Source: Candidatus Omnitrophota bacterium
GTDB lineage: Bacteria > Omnitrophota > Gorgyraeia > Zapsychrales > Fredricksoniimonadaceae
Direction of reading: 5' to 3'
DNA: 64,000 nt
NCBI GenBank assembly: GCA_903860135.1
Contig: CAIOPG010000006.1
Span: forward strand, 21,117 to 85,116
This document shows, in pieces, positions 30,348-41,778 of this stretch; the stretch's first letter is position 1, and the number at the start of each line of letters is the position of its first letter. The notes beneath the pieces are model-generated. The model saw only the letters and a list, made by a program, of their open reading frames with translations. It was not told where the DNA came from and did no database searches. Both the position numbers and the translations under genes were made by a program.

Positions 30348-30836
30348 ATGATTTCTTACAACGACCACACATTGGATCAATATCTCGCTGAACTTTCACG
30401 GCGACAGCCTGTCCCTGGCGGTGGTTCGGCGGCGGCGGTGTCAGGGGCCCTGGGGGCGGCGCTCATCGCGATGTCGGCCCGTTATGCGCTGGGGAAGGGA
30501 AAAAGTGAAGCTGTTGAGCAGAAGATCAATGAAATTGTTGTCGCGGCGGATGCGGCGCGCCTGTCATTCTTGGCACTGGCAGGCCGTGATGCCGAGGCTT
30601 ATCAGGCTGTTTTGCAGACCCGCAAGGCGGCAAACAAGGCCGCTCACGCGCTGGCTTTGGCTGAAGCCGGCCGTGTCCCTGTCGATATCATGACCTTGTG
30701 CCAATCATGCCTTCAGCTGGCGCCATATCTTTATCAGGAAGGGAATCCTTTCTTGCTCAGCGATGTCAAGGCGGCCGAGGCTTTCCTGAAGGCTGGCGTC
30801 GCGGCGGCCCGCATCATGCAGGAGGTTAACGCATGA
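30348..30836 (+). CDS. Formiminotransferase-cyclodeaminase C-terminal-like (FchA-like methenyl-THF cyclohydrolase) protein
   Basis: PGGGSAAAVSGALGAALIAM motif typical of the FTCD_C family. Directly upstream of and coupled to folD. Confidence 0.6.
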   Translation: MISYNDHTLDQYLAELSRRQPVPGGGSAAAVSGALGAALIAMSARYALGKGKSEAVEQKINEIVVAADAARLSFLALAGRDAEAYQAVLQTRKAANKAAHALALAEAGRVPVDIMTLCQSCLQLAPYLYQEGNPFLLSDVKAAEAFLKAGVAAARIMQEVNA

Positions 30837-31699
30837 GTGCTGTTTTGTTGGACGGCAAAGTGTTGGCGCTGCAAGCCTTGGCCGGATTAAAGGCGGAAGT
30901 TGAGCGTCTCAAGGGGCTTACCGGTGTTATACCGCGTTTTGTCAATATTGTTATCGGGCACGATGCCGGTGCCGCTTCTTACGGCAAGTCGCAAAAACGC
31001 GCAGCCGAGGCGATCGGGGTTGATTATCAGTTTACGTTCCTGCCCGCGCAGGTGAGTCAGGAAGAGCTCCTCGAGCAGATCAATTTTCTCAATCATGATA
31101 TGGCGGTGCACGGGGTGATGCTTCACAAGCCGGTACCGGCGGGGATATTGTTTGACGCGGCGGTCAACGCGATCAGCCCGGACAAGGATCTTGAAGGCAT
31201 GGGGGTTGTTAACAGGGGCCGGTTGTTCATGGGGCAGACCAAGGTCATACCGTGCACACCGGCGGCAGCCATGGCGCTTTTGGCCGCGAGTGGCGTTGAC
31301 CTTGCCGGCAGGAATGCCGTGATCGTCGGGCGCAGTGAGATCGTCGGCAAGCCGATGGCCATGCTTTTACTGGAAAAGAACGCAACCGTAACGGTGTGCC
31401 ACAGCGGCACCAGCCGTGCCGGGCATTTGGAAGATCATGTCAGGGCGGCCGAGATCTTGGTGGTGGCCATGGGCAAGCCAGGATTCATCCGCGGAGAATG
31501 GGTGCGTGAGGGGGCTGTTGTTATCGATGTCGGCATCAACGCGGTCGACGGCAAGATCACGGGCGACGTGGGGTTTGAGGCGGCTGTTCAGCGGGCAGCG
31601 TTTATAACACCTGTTCCCGGCGGGGTCGGCCCGGTCACGGCGGTCATGCTCATGCGCAACGGGATAGAATTATTCAAACAGCATCTTGGTCAGGCATGA
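30833..31699 (+). CDS. folD: Bifunctional methylenetetrahydrofolate dehydrogenase/cyclohydrolase
   Basis: Conserved FolD regions (VGRSEIVGKPMAMLL, TPVPGGVGPVT). Confidence 0.95.
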   Translation: MSAVLLDGKVLALQALAGLKAEVERLKGLTGVIPRFVNIVIGHDAGAASYGKSQKRAAEAIGVDYQFTFLPAQVSQEELLEQINFLNHDMAVHGVMLHKPVPAGILFDAAVNAISPDKDLEGMGVVNRGRLFMGQTKVIPCTPAAAMALLAASGVDLAGRNAVIVGRSEIVGKPMAMLLLEKNATVTVCHSGTSRAGHLEDHVRAAEILVVAMGKPGFIRGEWVREGAVVIDVGINAVDGKITGDVGFEAAVQRAAFITPVPGGVGPVTAVMLMRNGIELFKQHLGQA

Positions 31700-32751
31700 A
31701 AAATATTGTTATCATCGGCCATGCGCCGGCAGCTCATGCGGCTATTTTGGCCATACTCGCGCGTGATCCGTCGACGGCCATTACCCTGATCAGCTGTGAC
31801 GGGAATCTTCCGTATGACCGTATGCTTTTGCCCGGGTTGATCGATCGTTCTGTCGCGGAAAAGAATATTTATTGCGCGCCGGTGGATTTTTATCAATCCG
31901 CCCGCATTCAGCTTGTGCTGGATAAGGAACTTTCACGCATTAATTTTGATCGCAAACGCGTCTTTACGGTCGAGGCTCCTGTGCCCGGTCGAGGCCCCGG
32001 CGCAAGGCTTCAGGTTGATTACGACGGTTTGATCATCATGGATGCTCCAGAAATAAGGCTTCCGGCCCTCAAAGGGGTACGCCGTCAGGGAGTGTTCCAC
32101 CTGGCGCGCCTCGAATCGGTTAGAAGTTTGATCCGTTATCTGGCGCTTACGGAAACGGTGGTGATCGAATTTTCAGGTTTTGCCGGTGTGCGGGCAGCGC
32201 TGGCACTCAGGTCTGCCGGCAAGGAAGTCATTGTGGCGGTGCGGCAAGACAGTCTCCTGCCGGATATTCTCGACGAAGGCCGTGCCGGCATGCTGGTGCG
32301 GGGTCTTGGCGCGCGCGGGGTGCGCCTTCTGCCGTCAGGCGGCGGGATCTCGGATATCATTGGTGAAGCCGAGGTGAAAGCGGTGCGGTTTGCTTCGGGT
32401 AAGGTCGTGGCGTGCGATATGGTTGTCCTTGAAGATGTGTCGGCTGACCTGCGTTTTCTTGATGATGCGGCGGTGGGAGTATCCGGGCGCATGGTTGTTG
32501 ATGATGCCTTTCGGACTTCTTTTGCGGATGTGTTTGCCATCGATGCTGTCTGTCAGGCAGATCAATTGAAATTGATGGGTGGATATGGCGTGGATACCAT
32601 GGCCGGCTGTGCTCAGGCCGTGACCGCCGTAGCAGGATTGTGCGATGAAGCAACGGGTTTGCCTGGATCGGGTTTTGGCCAGCGCGATATGCTCGATGCT
32701 TTTTTTCACCCGCAGGAATTGAACTTTCTTTGCCAGGAGGTTGTTCTCTGA
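31696..32751 (+). CDS. FAD-dependent pyridine nucleotide-disulfide oxidoreductase family protein
   Basis: N-terminal dinucleotide-binding IVIIGHAPAAHAA and a second Rossmann region VVIEFSGFAGVRAA. Confidence 0.6.
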   Translation: MKNIVIIGHAPAAHAAILAILARDPSTAITLISCDGNLPYDRMLLPGLIDRSVAEKNIYCAPVDFYQSARIQLVLDKELSRINFDRKRVFTVEAPVPGRGPGARLQVDYDGLIIMDAPEIRLPALKGVRRQGVFHLARLESVRSLIRYLALTETVVIEFSGFAGVRAALALRSAGKEVIVAVRQDSLLPDILDEGRAGMLVRGLGARGVRLLPSGGGISDIIGEAEVKAVRFASGKVVACDMVVLEDVSADLRFLDDAAVGVSGRMVVDDAFRTSFADVFAIDAVCQADQLKLMGGYGVDTMAGCAQAVTAVAGLCDEATGLPGSGFGQRDMLDAFFHPQELNFLCQEVVL

Positions 32752-33692
32752 TGGCCAGGACATTGTTTTTTTTATTTTTATTCTTTCCTTCCTTGTGTTT
32801 TGCGATTGAATCTCCAGGCCCATTGGAAATGCAAGATGCCTTGGCTTATCGTGCCCGTGGCGACGAACTCCAAGGGCAGGAGTCCTGGGGGCGGGCTCTC
32901 TTCTATTACGAACAAGCCGAGGCTTCGTTCCTTGCTGACGCTTCTTTTTTTAACGACAAGGGCGTGCTCTTGGAACATCTCGGGAGGATCAAAGAAGCGG
33001 AAGAATGTTATTTAAAGGCGATTGAATTGGATTTCAAATGTTTGCCGGCGTACAGCAACCTCGGTTATATGTATAAAAATCAGAAAAAGTATGATTTGTC
33101 TGCGCAATATTTCAGCAACCGCGTGCAGTATGGGAATCCAAGAGATCCCTGGATACTTGTGGCTCAGCAGGAACTTGAGAAACTTGGGTATCATTTACCG
33201 GCATTACATCAACAGCGAATGCAGAAAGAATGTGGCATCCTTGAAAATGAGCTTGTATTTCAGAAAGCTTTGCCAAAGATAGACGAAAGTCGTAAAGCAT
33301 ACGTCAGTGCTGAGATCGAATATCAGCTTGGTGTAAATTTCTTCAATGTCAGGGATTATGTTGCGGCGACGGAAGCTTTTCAGGCTTGTTTAAAATCTAA
33401 TCCACGCCACAAATCTTCACAGCATTATTTGGCACGCATTAAAGATCTTGAAGCTAGGTATCCTTCTTTAATGAAACCTGTTTTGCCGGAGATTAAGAAT
33501 ACAGACAATGCTACTGATAGGGCTATGGATAAAGCTGTTATTATTGCCACGGGTGAGTACAAGAAAGGTCTGGCGCAGATGCGGTTGGGGCGTTACACGG
33601 ACGCGGCCAAGGCTTTTGAGCTGGCGTTAGCCTTTACTCCAGATAATATTTATATCCAAGCGGCGCTTGCCCAAGCCCGTAAGGGGCGTTGA
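32730..33692 (+). CDS. Secreted TPR-repeat protein
   Basis: Signal peptide then multiple TPR-like repeats. Confidence 0.55.
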   Translation: MPGGCSLMARTLFFLFLFFPSLCFAIESPGPLEMQDALAYRARGDELQGQESWGRALFYYEQAEASFLADASFFNDKGVLLEHLGRIKEAEECYLKAIELDFKCLPAYSNLGYMYKNQKKYDLSAQYFSNRVQYGNPRDPWILVAQQELEKLGYHLPALHQQRMQKECGILENELVFQKALPKIDESRKAYVSAEIEYQLGVNFFNVRDYVAATEAFQACLKSNPRHKSSQHYLARIKDLEARYPSLMKPVLPEIKNTDNATDRAMDKAVIIATGEYKKGLAQMRLGRYTDAAKAFELALAFTPDNIYIQAALAQARKGR

Positions 33693-33693
33693 G

Positions 33694-36264
33694 GTGGCAG
33701 ACCGCATCCTTCTCATTGATGGTCATGCGCTTGCTTACCGTGCTTTTTACGCGGTTCAGGATTTACGCAATAGCCGTGGCCTACCGACCAATGCGGTGTT
33801 TGGTTTTATTAATATTTTTCGCAAGATACTAAAAACATACGCGCCTGATCATGTGGCGGGCTGCTTCGATACAGGCAAGGCCACATTCCGGCGTGAAAAG
33901 TTCGCCGCTTACAAGATCCAGCGCTCGGCCATGCCTGAAGACCTCGTCGGACAGATTCCGCTGATCAAGGCTGTGCTGCGCGCCTACGGGGTGCCTGTCT
34001 TTGAGAAAGAGGGCTATGAAGCCGATGACCTGATCGCGACATTGGTGGCGCGGTTCGGCTGGGGGCATGAGATCATCATCGCTTCGGACGACAAAGATAT
34101 GCAGCAGCTTGTTTCCGACGGCGTGCGTGTTTATAACAGCCGCCGTGATGCCCTGCTTGGCCCTGCCGATACCCTCGCGCGCTTTGGCGTTGGTCCTGCT
34201 GGGGTGGTCGATTATCTGGCGCTGGCGGGTGACGCGAGTGATAACATTCCCGGCGTTGCGGGTGTCGGGGATGTGACGGCGCAGAAGCTTTTGAAAGAAT
34301 TCGGATCGCTCGATGGCATCTTGGCGCGCTCGGCGGAGATCAAGGGTAAGCTCAGGGAGAAGATCGAGCAGGGTAAGGCTTCAGCTCTTCTCAGCCGAGA
34401 GCTGGCGACGCTCGATGCGCAGGTTCCGCTCGATTGCACGCTCGATGATATTAAATTTGGCAGGATGGATCGCAGTGCTTTGTCCAAGCTTTTTATGGAG
34501 TTTGAATTCCGGCGGCTTGCCGAAGAGTTTGCGTCTGTGCAGGAGCTGTCCCTTCCGGCTTTGATGCCAGCTGCAACTATCAATGACGGTGGCCATGACG
34601 CGGTGCAGTGTGCGGGCGTCGCCCTCTTGACAGGTTTCATTGCTCTCCTGCCTGTGACCGGAGAGGATGGGGCTGGCCGCAAGGTGTTTGAAACTGTTGT
34701 GGCGGCTTCCGGCGGTGTTGTGTTCACATTTAAGGCGGATGAATTGGCGGCCCTGGCGGATGTGTGGATGTCGCCAGATGTGGTCAAGTGTGTTTATGAT
34801 GCCAAGCCTTTATTGAAAGCACTGGCTCTGACCGGGTTTGACCTGAAAGGGGAGGTTTTTGATGTCATGCTGGCTGGATACCTGCTCAAGTCCGGCTTAT
34901 CGGCGTTCACCCTTCCGGCCTTGGCGCAGGCGTACCTGAACAGTTCTTTGCCCGAAGGGACTGATGCCTTAGGGCATCAAGCGGCGGCCCTCGAAAAACT
35001 TTATGCGCCGCTGAAGGCAGAGCTTGATGACAAGAAATTAGCGGAGCTCTTTTGGAATATTGAAATGCCATTGTGCGCGGTGCTTGCTGTCATGGAAGGC
35101 CGGGGGATATGCCTGGATACCGCTATTCTCGCGGACCTTTCGCGTGAATGCCAGCGCCGCATTGAGGATATGACCGGGGCACTGTACGCACTTGCCGGAG
35201 GGGCGTTTAATCTTAATTCGCCCAAACAACTGGGTGTGATCCTGTTTGAAAAACTGGCGTTGCCCGTTATCAAGAAAACCAAGACAGGGCCGTCGACTGA
35301 CGAAGAAGTGTTGTCGCGCCTGGCGCCCTTGCATGAACTCCCGAAGCTTATATTGGAATATCGCCAGCTGGCGAAATTACGTTCGACTTATCTTGATGCT
35401 TTGCCCCGGCTTGTTGATCCTGACGGCCGCGTGCGTTGTGCGTTCAATCAGGCGGGGACAGAAACAGGCCGCCTGAGCGCGGATCATCCGAATCTTCAGA
35501 ATATTCCGGTGCGCACCGATATTGGCCGCGCGATCCGTAAGGCTTTCTTGCCGTCTTCAGGCGGGAATGTCCTGGTGTCGGCGGATTATTCCCAGATCGA
35601 GTTGAGATTTCTGGCGCATCTTGCGGCTGATCCGCGGCTGAGCGAGGCTTTTGTCAACGGTGAGGATATCCATACATTTACAGCGGCTCTGATCTTTGAT
35701 GTCCCGCAAGCCATGGTTACGGATGTAATGCGTTACCGCGCCAAACGGATCAACTTCGGGATCATCTACGGGATGAGCGCTTTTGGCCTGGCCAAAGACC
35801 TTGGTGTCCCGCAACGTGAAGCCCAGGATTTCATAGACCGGTATTTTTTACGTTACCCGGCGATACAGGCTTTTATGGCGCGGTGTGAGGCCGAAGCAGT
35901 GGAACGGGGTTTCGCCATGACCATGTTCGGCCGGCGCCGTTATATCCCCGAGATCAACAGCCGTAACACGGCTGTGCGCCAGTTCGCCGGGCGACAGGCG
36001 GTCAATACGCCGGTGCAGGGGGCTGCTGCCGACCTGATGAAGGCGGCGATGGTCGCGGTGCACCGGATGCTTGAGGCGCAGTCTTTTTCGGCGGATATGG
36101 TGCTTACCGTGCATGACGAACTGGTATTTGATGTGCCCGAAGCCGACGCACTGCGACTTGGGCAGGCAGTCAAGCGTGTCATGGAAACAACATTAACGTT
36201 AGCAGTCCCCGTCGAGGTGACTGTCAAGGTTGGTCCCAACTGGGCGGAGATGAAAAAAATATGA
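33694..36264 (+). CDS. polA: DNA polymerase I
   Basis: 5'-3' exonuclease N-terminus ILLIDGHALAYRAFYA. Polymerase motifs RRxAKxINFGxIYG and VHDELVFDV. GTG 33694 is preferred because it directly follows the upstream stop; ATG 33667 is an alternative. Confidence 0.95.
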   Translation: MADRILLIDGHALAYRAFYAVQDLRNSRGLPTNAVFGFINIFRKILKTYAPDHVAGCFDTGKATFRREKFAAYKIQRSAMPEDLVGQIPLIKAVLRAYGVPVFEKEGYEADDLIATLVARFGWGHEIIIASDDKDMQQLVSDGVRVYNSRRDALLGPADTLARFGVGPAGVVDYLALAGDASDNIPGVAGVGDVTAQKLLKEFGSLDGILARSAEIKGKLREKIEQGKASALLSRELATLDAQVPLDCTLDDIKFGRMDRSALSKLFMEFEFRRLAEEFASVQELSLPALMPAATINDGGHDAVQCAGVALLTGFIALLPVTGEDGAGRKVFETVVAASGGVVFTFKADELAALADVWMSPDVVKCVYDAKPLLKALALTGFDLKGEVFDVMLAGYLLKSGLSAFTLPALAQAYLNSSLPEGTDALGHQAAALEKLYAPLKAELDDKKLAELFWNIEMPLCAVLAVMEGRGICLDTAILADLSRECQRRIEDMTGALYALAGGAFNLNSPKQLGVILFEKLALPVIKKTKTGPSTDEEVLSRLAPLHELPKLILEYRQLAKLRSTYLDALPRLVDPDGRVRCAFNQAGTETGRLSADHPNLQNIPVRTDIGRAIRKAFLPSSGGNVLVSADYSQIELRFLAHLAADPRLSEAFVNGEDIHTFTAALIFDVPQAMVTDVMRYRAKRINFGIIYGMSAFGLAKDLGVPQREAQDFIDRYFLRYPAIQAFMARCEAEAVERGFAMTMFGRRRYIPEINSRNTAVRQFAGRQAVNTPVQGAAADLMKAAMVAVHRMLEAQSFSADMVLTVHDELVFDVPEADALRLGQAVKRVMETTLTLAVPVEVTVKVGPNWAEMKKI

Positions 36265-37661
36265 GGATCGTCTTTGTAGCTTCCGAAGTTTTCCCGTTCG
36301 CCAAGACCGGCGGGCTGGCAGATGTCTGCGGCACCTTGCCGCTGGAACTCGAGCGGCTTGGTCATGACGTGATCATCATTATGCCGTATTACCGTTGTGT
36401 CGGCCGACAGCCGGCATTCAGTGATGATGCCATGATGGGTGTCGTCGGGAAAGACCTTAAGGTGTATTTCCTGCGTCATCTGGAATTCTTCGACAGGCCG
36501 CAGCTTTACGGCGAAGCCGGCGGTGATTACCCTGATAATATGGATCGTTTTGCGTTCCTGTGCCATGCAACGCTCCGTTTGCTCAAGGCATTGGGCAAGC
36601 CTGTGGATATCATTCATTGCCATGATTGGCAGACGGGCTTGATCCCCGTTCTTCTTAAAGAAAACTACGCTGATGACCCGTTCTTTGCGCGGACACGTTC
36701 AGTGCTGACGATTCATAATCTTGCTTATCAGGGTGTTTTTCCGAAAGAGGAAATGCCCCGTCTCGGCCTGGACGCGCGCTTGTTCAACCCCGGTGCGCTT
36801 GAGTTTTATGAAAAAATTAATTTCCTCAAAGCCGGCATTGTTTTTGCCGATCATATCACAACGGTAAGCCCGCAGTACGCGGCCGAGATTCAGACCAAGG
36901 AATCAGGTTGTGGGCTTGAAGGGGTGATTTGCCAGAACAAAGATCGACTGGCGGGCCTGTTGAACGGCCTGGATTACAGGCAGTGGGATCCGGCGACGGA
37001 CAAGCTTTTGGATCCGACGTATGCGGCCAGCAGCGTTCAGGGCAAGGCTGTGCACAAAGGGAAATTGCAAAAGGCCTTGAATCTTCCGGTGGCTAAGGCC
37101 ATCCCGGTCTTTGGTTTTGTGGGCAGGCTTTGTTATCAGAAGGGCTTCGACCTTCTGGAGATTGCTTTTGACGATCTGATGAAAAGGAACGTGCAGGTTG
37201 TTTTTATGGGGGTGGGCGAAGAAAAGTACCAGAAGCTTCTTGTCAGACTGGCAAAAAAATATCCCGGGCAATGTGGGGTGGTGATCCGTTATGATGAAAG
37301 TTTCGCGCACATGATCTATGCCGGGGCGGATATTTTCCTGATGCCGTCGATCTACGAACCTTGCGGATTGACGCAGATGATCAGTCTGCGCTATGGCACG
37401 ATCCCGCTGGTGAGTGAGGTGGGGGGGCTGGCGGATACGGTTACGGATTTCACCCTGAATGCGCTCAAGGGGAACGGTTTTGTCATGCCGGACTACACCC
37501 CCGAGGGGTTGTTGGCGGCTGTAGATCGGGCCTGTGCTGTTTTTGCCCGCAAGGATGATTGGGGCGTTTTGATCGCCAGGGCCATGGCATGCCGCTGGAC
37601 ATGGGAATCATCAGCGGTCCATTATGTGGCGTGTTATGAAAAATGCTTAAGATCGGCCTGA
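36261..37661 (+). CDS. glgA: Glycogen synthase
   Basis: N-terminus MRIVFVASEVFPFAKTGGLADV and a GT5 C-terminal domain. Confidence 0.9.
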   Translation: MRIVFVASEVFPFAKTGGLADVCGTLPLELERLGHDVIIIMPYYRCVGRQPAFSDDAMMGVVGKDLKVYFLRHLEFFDRPQLYGEAGGDYPDNMDRFAFLCHATLRLLKALGKPVDIIHCHDWQTGLIPVLLKENYADDPFFARTRSVLTIHNLAYQGVFPKEEMPRLGLDARLFNPGALEFYEKINFLKAGIVFADHITTVSPQYAAEIQTKESGCGLEGVICQNKDRLAGLLNGLDYRQWDPATDKLLDPTYAASSVQGKAVHKGKLQKALNLPVAKAIPVFGFVGRLCYQKGFDLLEIAFDDLMKRNVQVVFMGVGEEKYQKLLVRLAKKYPGQCGVVIRYDESFAHMIYAGADIFLMPSIYEPCGLTQMISLRYGTIPLVSEVGGLADTVTDFTLNALKGNGFVMPDYTPEGLLAAVDRACAVFARKDDWGVLIARAMACRWTWESSAVHYVACYEKCLRSA

Positions 37662-38296
37662 CCGGTAGTTTCGGGGCGGGTAAGTCTTTCGTCGCGGCCA
37701 TGTTCGCGGCGCGGGGCGCTCAGGTCATCCAGGCGGATGATGTGGTTCATGCTCTATACGAAAGAAATAAACATTGCCGGGATGCCATAGCCAAGGCTTT
37801 TGGCACCGGGATCGTCGGGCCGTCGGGGGTTGACCGTGCCGGCTTGGGCAGGATTGTTTTTAAGGATAAGGATGCGCTGGCACGGCTTGAAGCCATTGTG
37901 CATCCGTATGTGCGCCGTGATATCCTGGCGGCGATAAAGAAAGCGGGGAGGCGCATGGTTGTTGTTGATGCGGCTATTTTATGCGAGGCCGGTTGGCACA
38001 CCATGGTTGATACGGTGATTGTCGTCAAAGCTCGGCGAGATATCCAGATCAAACGTGCCATGGCGCGTACAGGACTTTCTAAAGCTGATGTCCTCGGGCG
38101 CATCCGTCGGCAAATGCCGTTGAGGGAAAAAATGAAATATGCGGCTTATATTATAAATAACAGCGGGTCTCCCGCTCAGACAGAACAACAAGTGGAACGG
38201 ATCATTCGGTCCCTTCACGCCGGCCCGTTAACCGGGCGCAGGATCTTGCCAACAACACCCACCAACAGGAGTAAGCAGTATGACCAAAGAATCTAA
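37643..38296 (+). CDS. coaE: Dephospho-CoA kinase
   Basis: Motif [13 protein letters not shown] (P-loop). Size about 200 aa. Confidence 0.85.
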   Translation: MLKIGLTGSFGAGKSFVAAMFAARGAQVIQADDVVHALYERNKHCRDAIAKAFGTGIVGPSGVDRAGLGRIVFKDKDALARLEAIVHPYVRRDILAAIKKAGRRMVVVDAAILCEAGWHTMVDTVIVVKARRDIQIKRAMARTGLSKADVLGRIRRQMPLREKMKYAAYIINNSGSPAQTEQQVERIIRSLHAGPLTGRRILPTTPTNRSKQYDQRI

Positions 38297-39626
38297 AAGT
38301 GAACGCAACCAGGTCCCGCAGGAAGAAACCGTTGTTGCGGCGACGCCTCAACCCGCGGCAGATGTTCCGGCCAAGAGCCTGAACATCGAGGAATTGAAGG
38401 AAATGAAGATGCCGGAGCTTTCCCAGGTCGGGCGGAATTTGAACGTCGAAGGCGTTAGTGCGCTCAAGAAACAGGACCTGATCTTTAAGATCCTGCAGGC
38501 CCAGGCCGAGAAAGACGGGCTCATGTTCGGTTCCGGAGTCCTGGAGATACTGCCTGAAGGGTTCGGGTTCCTGCGCAGTTCCGGTTACAATTACTTGCCA
38601 TGCCCTGATGATATCTATATTTCTCCGTCGCAGATCAGGCGCTTTGACCTTAAAACGGGCGATACCGTCAGCGGTCAGATCCGGCCGCCGAAAGAAGGCG
38701 AGAAGTATTTTGCCCTGCTGAAGGTCGAGGCGGTCAATTTCGAGCACCCGGACAAGTGCAAGGACAAGATCCTTTTTGATAATCTGACACCGCTTTATCC
38801 CAACGAGCGGCTGAAGCTTGAAAATACTCCCGGCGATATTTCCATGCGCATCATGGACCTATTGACGCCCATCGGCAAGGGCCAGCGGGCCCTTATCGTT
38901 GCGCCGCCGTACAGTGGCAAAACGGTCCTGTTGCAGAAGATCGCCAATGCGATCACGATCAGCCATCCGGAAGTTGTCATGATCGTGCTTCTGATCGACG
39001 AGCGTCCGGAAGAGGTTACGGATATGCAGCGCAACGTTAAGGCCGAGGTTGTTTCTTCGACCTTCGATGAACCGGCAGAACGTCATGTCCAGGTGGCGGA
39101 AATTGTCCTTGAGAAAGCCAAACGCCTCATCGAGCACAAGCGAGATGTGGTTATCCTGCTGGATTCGATCACGCGCCTGGCCCGCGCCTACAACACGGTC
39201 GTCCCGCATTCCGGCAAGATCCTTTCCGGCGGTGTGGATTCCAGTGCCCTGCACAAGCCCAAGCGTTTCTTCGGGGCCGCGCGTAATATCGAGGAGGGCG
39301 GTTCTCTCACCATTATCGCCACGGCGCTTGTGGATACCGGCAGTCGCATGGATGAAGTTATTTTTGAAGAATTCAAGGGGACGGGCAACATGGAACTTCA
39401 GCTTGACCGAAGCCTGTTCCAGCGCCGTATTTATCCGGCCATCGACATTAAACGTTCCAACACCCGTCATGAAGAGCTTTTGGTCACCAAGGAACAGCTT
39501 CAGCGGATGTGGCTTCTGCGCAAGGTTTTTACGGATCTAAATTCAGCCGAAGCCATGGAGATCCTCATTCAAAAGATGTCACAGTCAAAGAACAACGAGG
39601 AATTCTTGCAAAATATGAACAGATAA
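38280..39626 (+). CDS. rho: Transcription termination factor Rho
   Basis: N-terminal RNA-binding region then a RecA-like core with Walker A (PPYSGKT) and Q/R loops. Charged N-terminal extension. Confidence 0.95.
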   Translation: MTKESKSERNQVPQEETVVAATPQPAADVPAKSLNIEELKEMKMPELSQVGRNLNVEGVSALKKQDLIFKILQAQAEKDGLMFGSGVLEILPEGFGFLRSSGYNYLPCPDDIYISPSQIRRFDLKTGDTVSGQIRPPKEGEKYFALLKVEAVNFEHPDKCKDKILFDNLTPLYPNERLKLENTPGDISMRIMDLLTPIGKGQRALIVAPPYSGKTVLLQKIANAITISHPEVVMIVLLIDERPEEVTDMQRNVKAEVVSSTFDEPAERHVQVAEIVLEKAKRLIEHKRDVVILLDSITRLARAYNTVVPHSGKILSGGVDSSALHKPKRFFGAARNIEEGGSLTIIATALVDTGSRMDEVIFEEFKGTGNMELQLDRSLFQRRIYPAIDIKRSNTRHEELLVTKEQLQRMWLLRKVFTDLNSAEAMEILIQKMSQSKNNEEFLQNMNR

Positions 39627-39703
39627 TGTATACTTCTCCATTCTTTGGGAAAATGCCCGGCCAGGCGGCCGGGATGTGATGTTATATGTAAAAGGAAGGT
39701 GTT

Positions 39704-39907
39704 ATGAAAGACGGTATCCATCCTGATTATCAGGAAACAACGATCGCCTGTGCCTGCGGCCATGTGATGAACACCCGCACGACCAAGAAGAATATCCGCG
39801 TCGAGATCTGTTCGAGCTGCCATCCGTTCTTCACCGGATCCAAGAAGGTGATGGATACGGCTGGCCGTATCGAGCGTTTCCAGAAGCGGTATGCTAAAGG
39901 AAAGTAA
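39704..39907 (+). CDS. rpmE: 50S ribosomal protein L31
   Basis: [20 protein letters not shown]...[10 protein letters not shown] zinc-ribbon motif. Confidence 0.9.
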   Translation: MKDGIHPDYQETTIACACGHVMNTRTTKKNIRVEICSSCHPFFTGSKKVMDTAGRIERFQKRYAKGK

Positions 39908-40964
39908 TCTGAAGAGAATGGCGGACGCCAGGTCCCGTCATGCCGAACTGGAACAAATCTTTGCTTCAGCCGGCGCTATTGCTGACCAGGATGCGTATCA
40001 GAAGCTCGCCAAGGAATTCGCGGACCTTAAACCCGTCATCGAACTTCAGCAGGAATATGCCAGGAATATGACGCAGATCGCGGAAGCGCGCCGTATGCTC
40101 GCGGACGAGCTGGATCGTGATCTGCGTGATATGGCCCGGCAGGAGCTTGCCGAATTGGGCACAGCCGCCGAAGCGATCGAATCCCGCATCAATGATTTCT
40201 TTGATCCGTTAAAGAATGAAAAAGACCTGGATGTGATCCTTGAGATCCGTGCCGGTACAGGCGGTCAGGAAGCGAGCCTTTTTGCCGCCGATCTTTACCG
40301 TATGTATTGCAAATATGTCGCGCTCAAATCCTGGAAGATTGACCCCATTGCCGTGAGTGAAGGGGAAAAAGGTTACAAGGAAGTCATTTTCAGCGTCAGC
40401 GGGAAAGGCGCTTCCCGACGCCTCAAGTGGGAGAGCGGTACGCACCGTGTCCAGCGCGTCCCTGCCACCGAAGCGTCCGGGCGTATCCATACATCTGCCG
40501 CGACCGTAGCTGTTCTTTTTGAGCCTGAAGAGGTGGATCTGGCCATTGACCCCAAAGACTTAAAGATCGATGTTTTTCGGGCATCAGGCCCCGGCGGGCA
40601 AAGTGTCAATACCGCTGATTCGGCCATTCGCATCACGCATCTGCCGACGGGGCTTGTGGTGGTGTGCCAGGATGAACGGTCTCAGCTGAAAAACAAGATC
40701 AAAGCGATGCGCGTCTTGCGTGCCCGTATGCAGGAGCATATCCAGCAGGAACGTGCCCGTAAAGAAGCTTCCGCCCGCAAGGCCCAGGTAGGGACCGGCG
40801 ACCGCAGTGAAAAGATCCGCACTTATAATTTTCCTGATCATCGCGTGACCGACCACCGCATCGGGTTTACCACCCATCAGCTTCCGGCGGTTATGGAAGG
40901 TGACCTAGATGAGATCTTTGACGCTTTGCTCAGGGCCGAACAGGACGCCAGAGACCAAGCGTAA
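39891..40964 (+). CDS. prfA: Peptide chain release factor 1
   Basis: GGQ motif ([10 protein letters not shown]), PAT tripeptide region, RF1-like N-terminus. The start may instead be ATG 39918. Confidence 0.95.
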   Translation: MLKESNLKRMADARSRHAELEQIFASAGAIADQDAYQKLAKEFADLKPVIELQQEYARNMTQIAEARRMLADELDRDLRDMARQELAELGTAAEAIESRINDFFDPLKNEKDLDVILEIRAGTGGQEASLFAADLYRMYCKYVALKSWKIDPIAVSEGEKGYKEVIFSVSGKGASRRLKWESGTHRVQRVPATEASGRIHTSAATVAVLFEPEEVDLAIDPKDLKIDVFRASGPGGQSVNTADSAIRITHLPTGLVVVCQDERSQLKNKIKAMRVLRARMQEHIQQERARKEASARKAQVGTGDRSEKIRTYNFPDHRVTDHRIGFTTHQLPAVMEGDLDEIFDALLRAEQDARDQA

Positions 40965-41755
40965 TGACCGTCGACGAGCTTTTTCTCACCGCGATCCTTG
41001 ATTGTACCCGCAGTGACCTGTATCTTCATCCACGCGTGTTAACGGACGCAGAGCAGTTTCAGCTGGATGAAAGGCGGGCTCGCCACAAGGCTGGTGAGCC
41101 GGTGCAGTATTTGAACGGGTTCACTGAATTTTACGGGTATCGTTTTGAGGTTGGTCCGGGGGTGCTGATCCCGCGTCCTGAGACGGAAATCCTGGCTGAG
41201 CTGGTTATCCGTTCCGTCAAGGCGGATAGGCGGCGGGATATCCGCATCCTTGATATAGGGACCGGTTCAGGCTGTTTGGCCATTAGCTTGGCCAGGGAGT
41301 TGCCGGAGTGCCGCGTGGTTGCCATTGATGTTTCCGAGACCGCGCTCGTTTATGCCCGGCGGAATTCGGTTCTTAACGGCACTTTGGATCGTGTGGCCTG
41401 TGTTCAGCGGGATATGTTCTGGTTTCTCGATGAGACTGCTGAGCGTTTTGATGTTGTTGTTTCAAATCCGCCGTATATCCCGGGCAGTGCCTTGGGAACG
41501 TTGCCGGCGGATGTTCGCCATGAGCCCGAGCTGGCGCTCGATGGCGGGCCGGACGGATTACATTTCTACAGGTTTCTTGTGCCGGCTTCGTGGAAGGTTC
41601 TTGTGCCGGGTGGGTTGCTGGCCGTTGAGTTTGGCGACGGGCAGGCAAAAGAGTTGGAAAATCTCTTTGCCGTCACCGGGCCTTGGGATAAAATAAAAAT
41701 TCATCAGGATAATGCCGGGAAAGCCCGTATCATGACGGCCCGGAAAGTGATATAA
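40964..41755 (+). CDS. prmC: Release factor glutamine N5-methyltransferase (HemK)
   Basis: VVSNPPY motif and SAM-binding DIGTGSGCLAI. Directly downstream of prfA. Confidence 0.85.
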   Translation: MTVDELFLTAILDCTRSDLYLHPRVLTDAEQFQLDERRARHKAGEPVQYLNGFTEFYGYRFEVGPGVLIPRPETEILAELVIRSVKADRRRDIRILDIGTGSGCLAISLARELPECRVVAIDVSETALVYARRNSVLNGTLDRVACVQRDMFWFLDETAERFDVVVSNPPYIPGSALGTLPADVRHEPELALDGGPDGLHFYRFLVPASWKVLVPGGLLAVEFGDGQAKELENLFAVTGPWDKIKIHQDNAGKARIMTARKVI

Positions 41756-41778
41756 CCCGTTAACCATGAACAGGCCTT

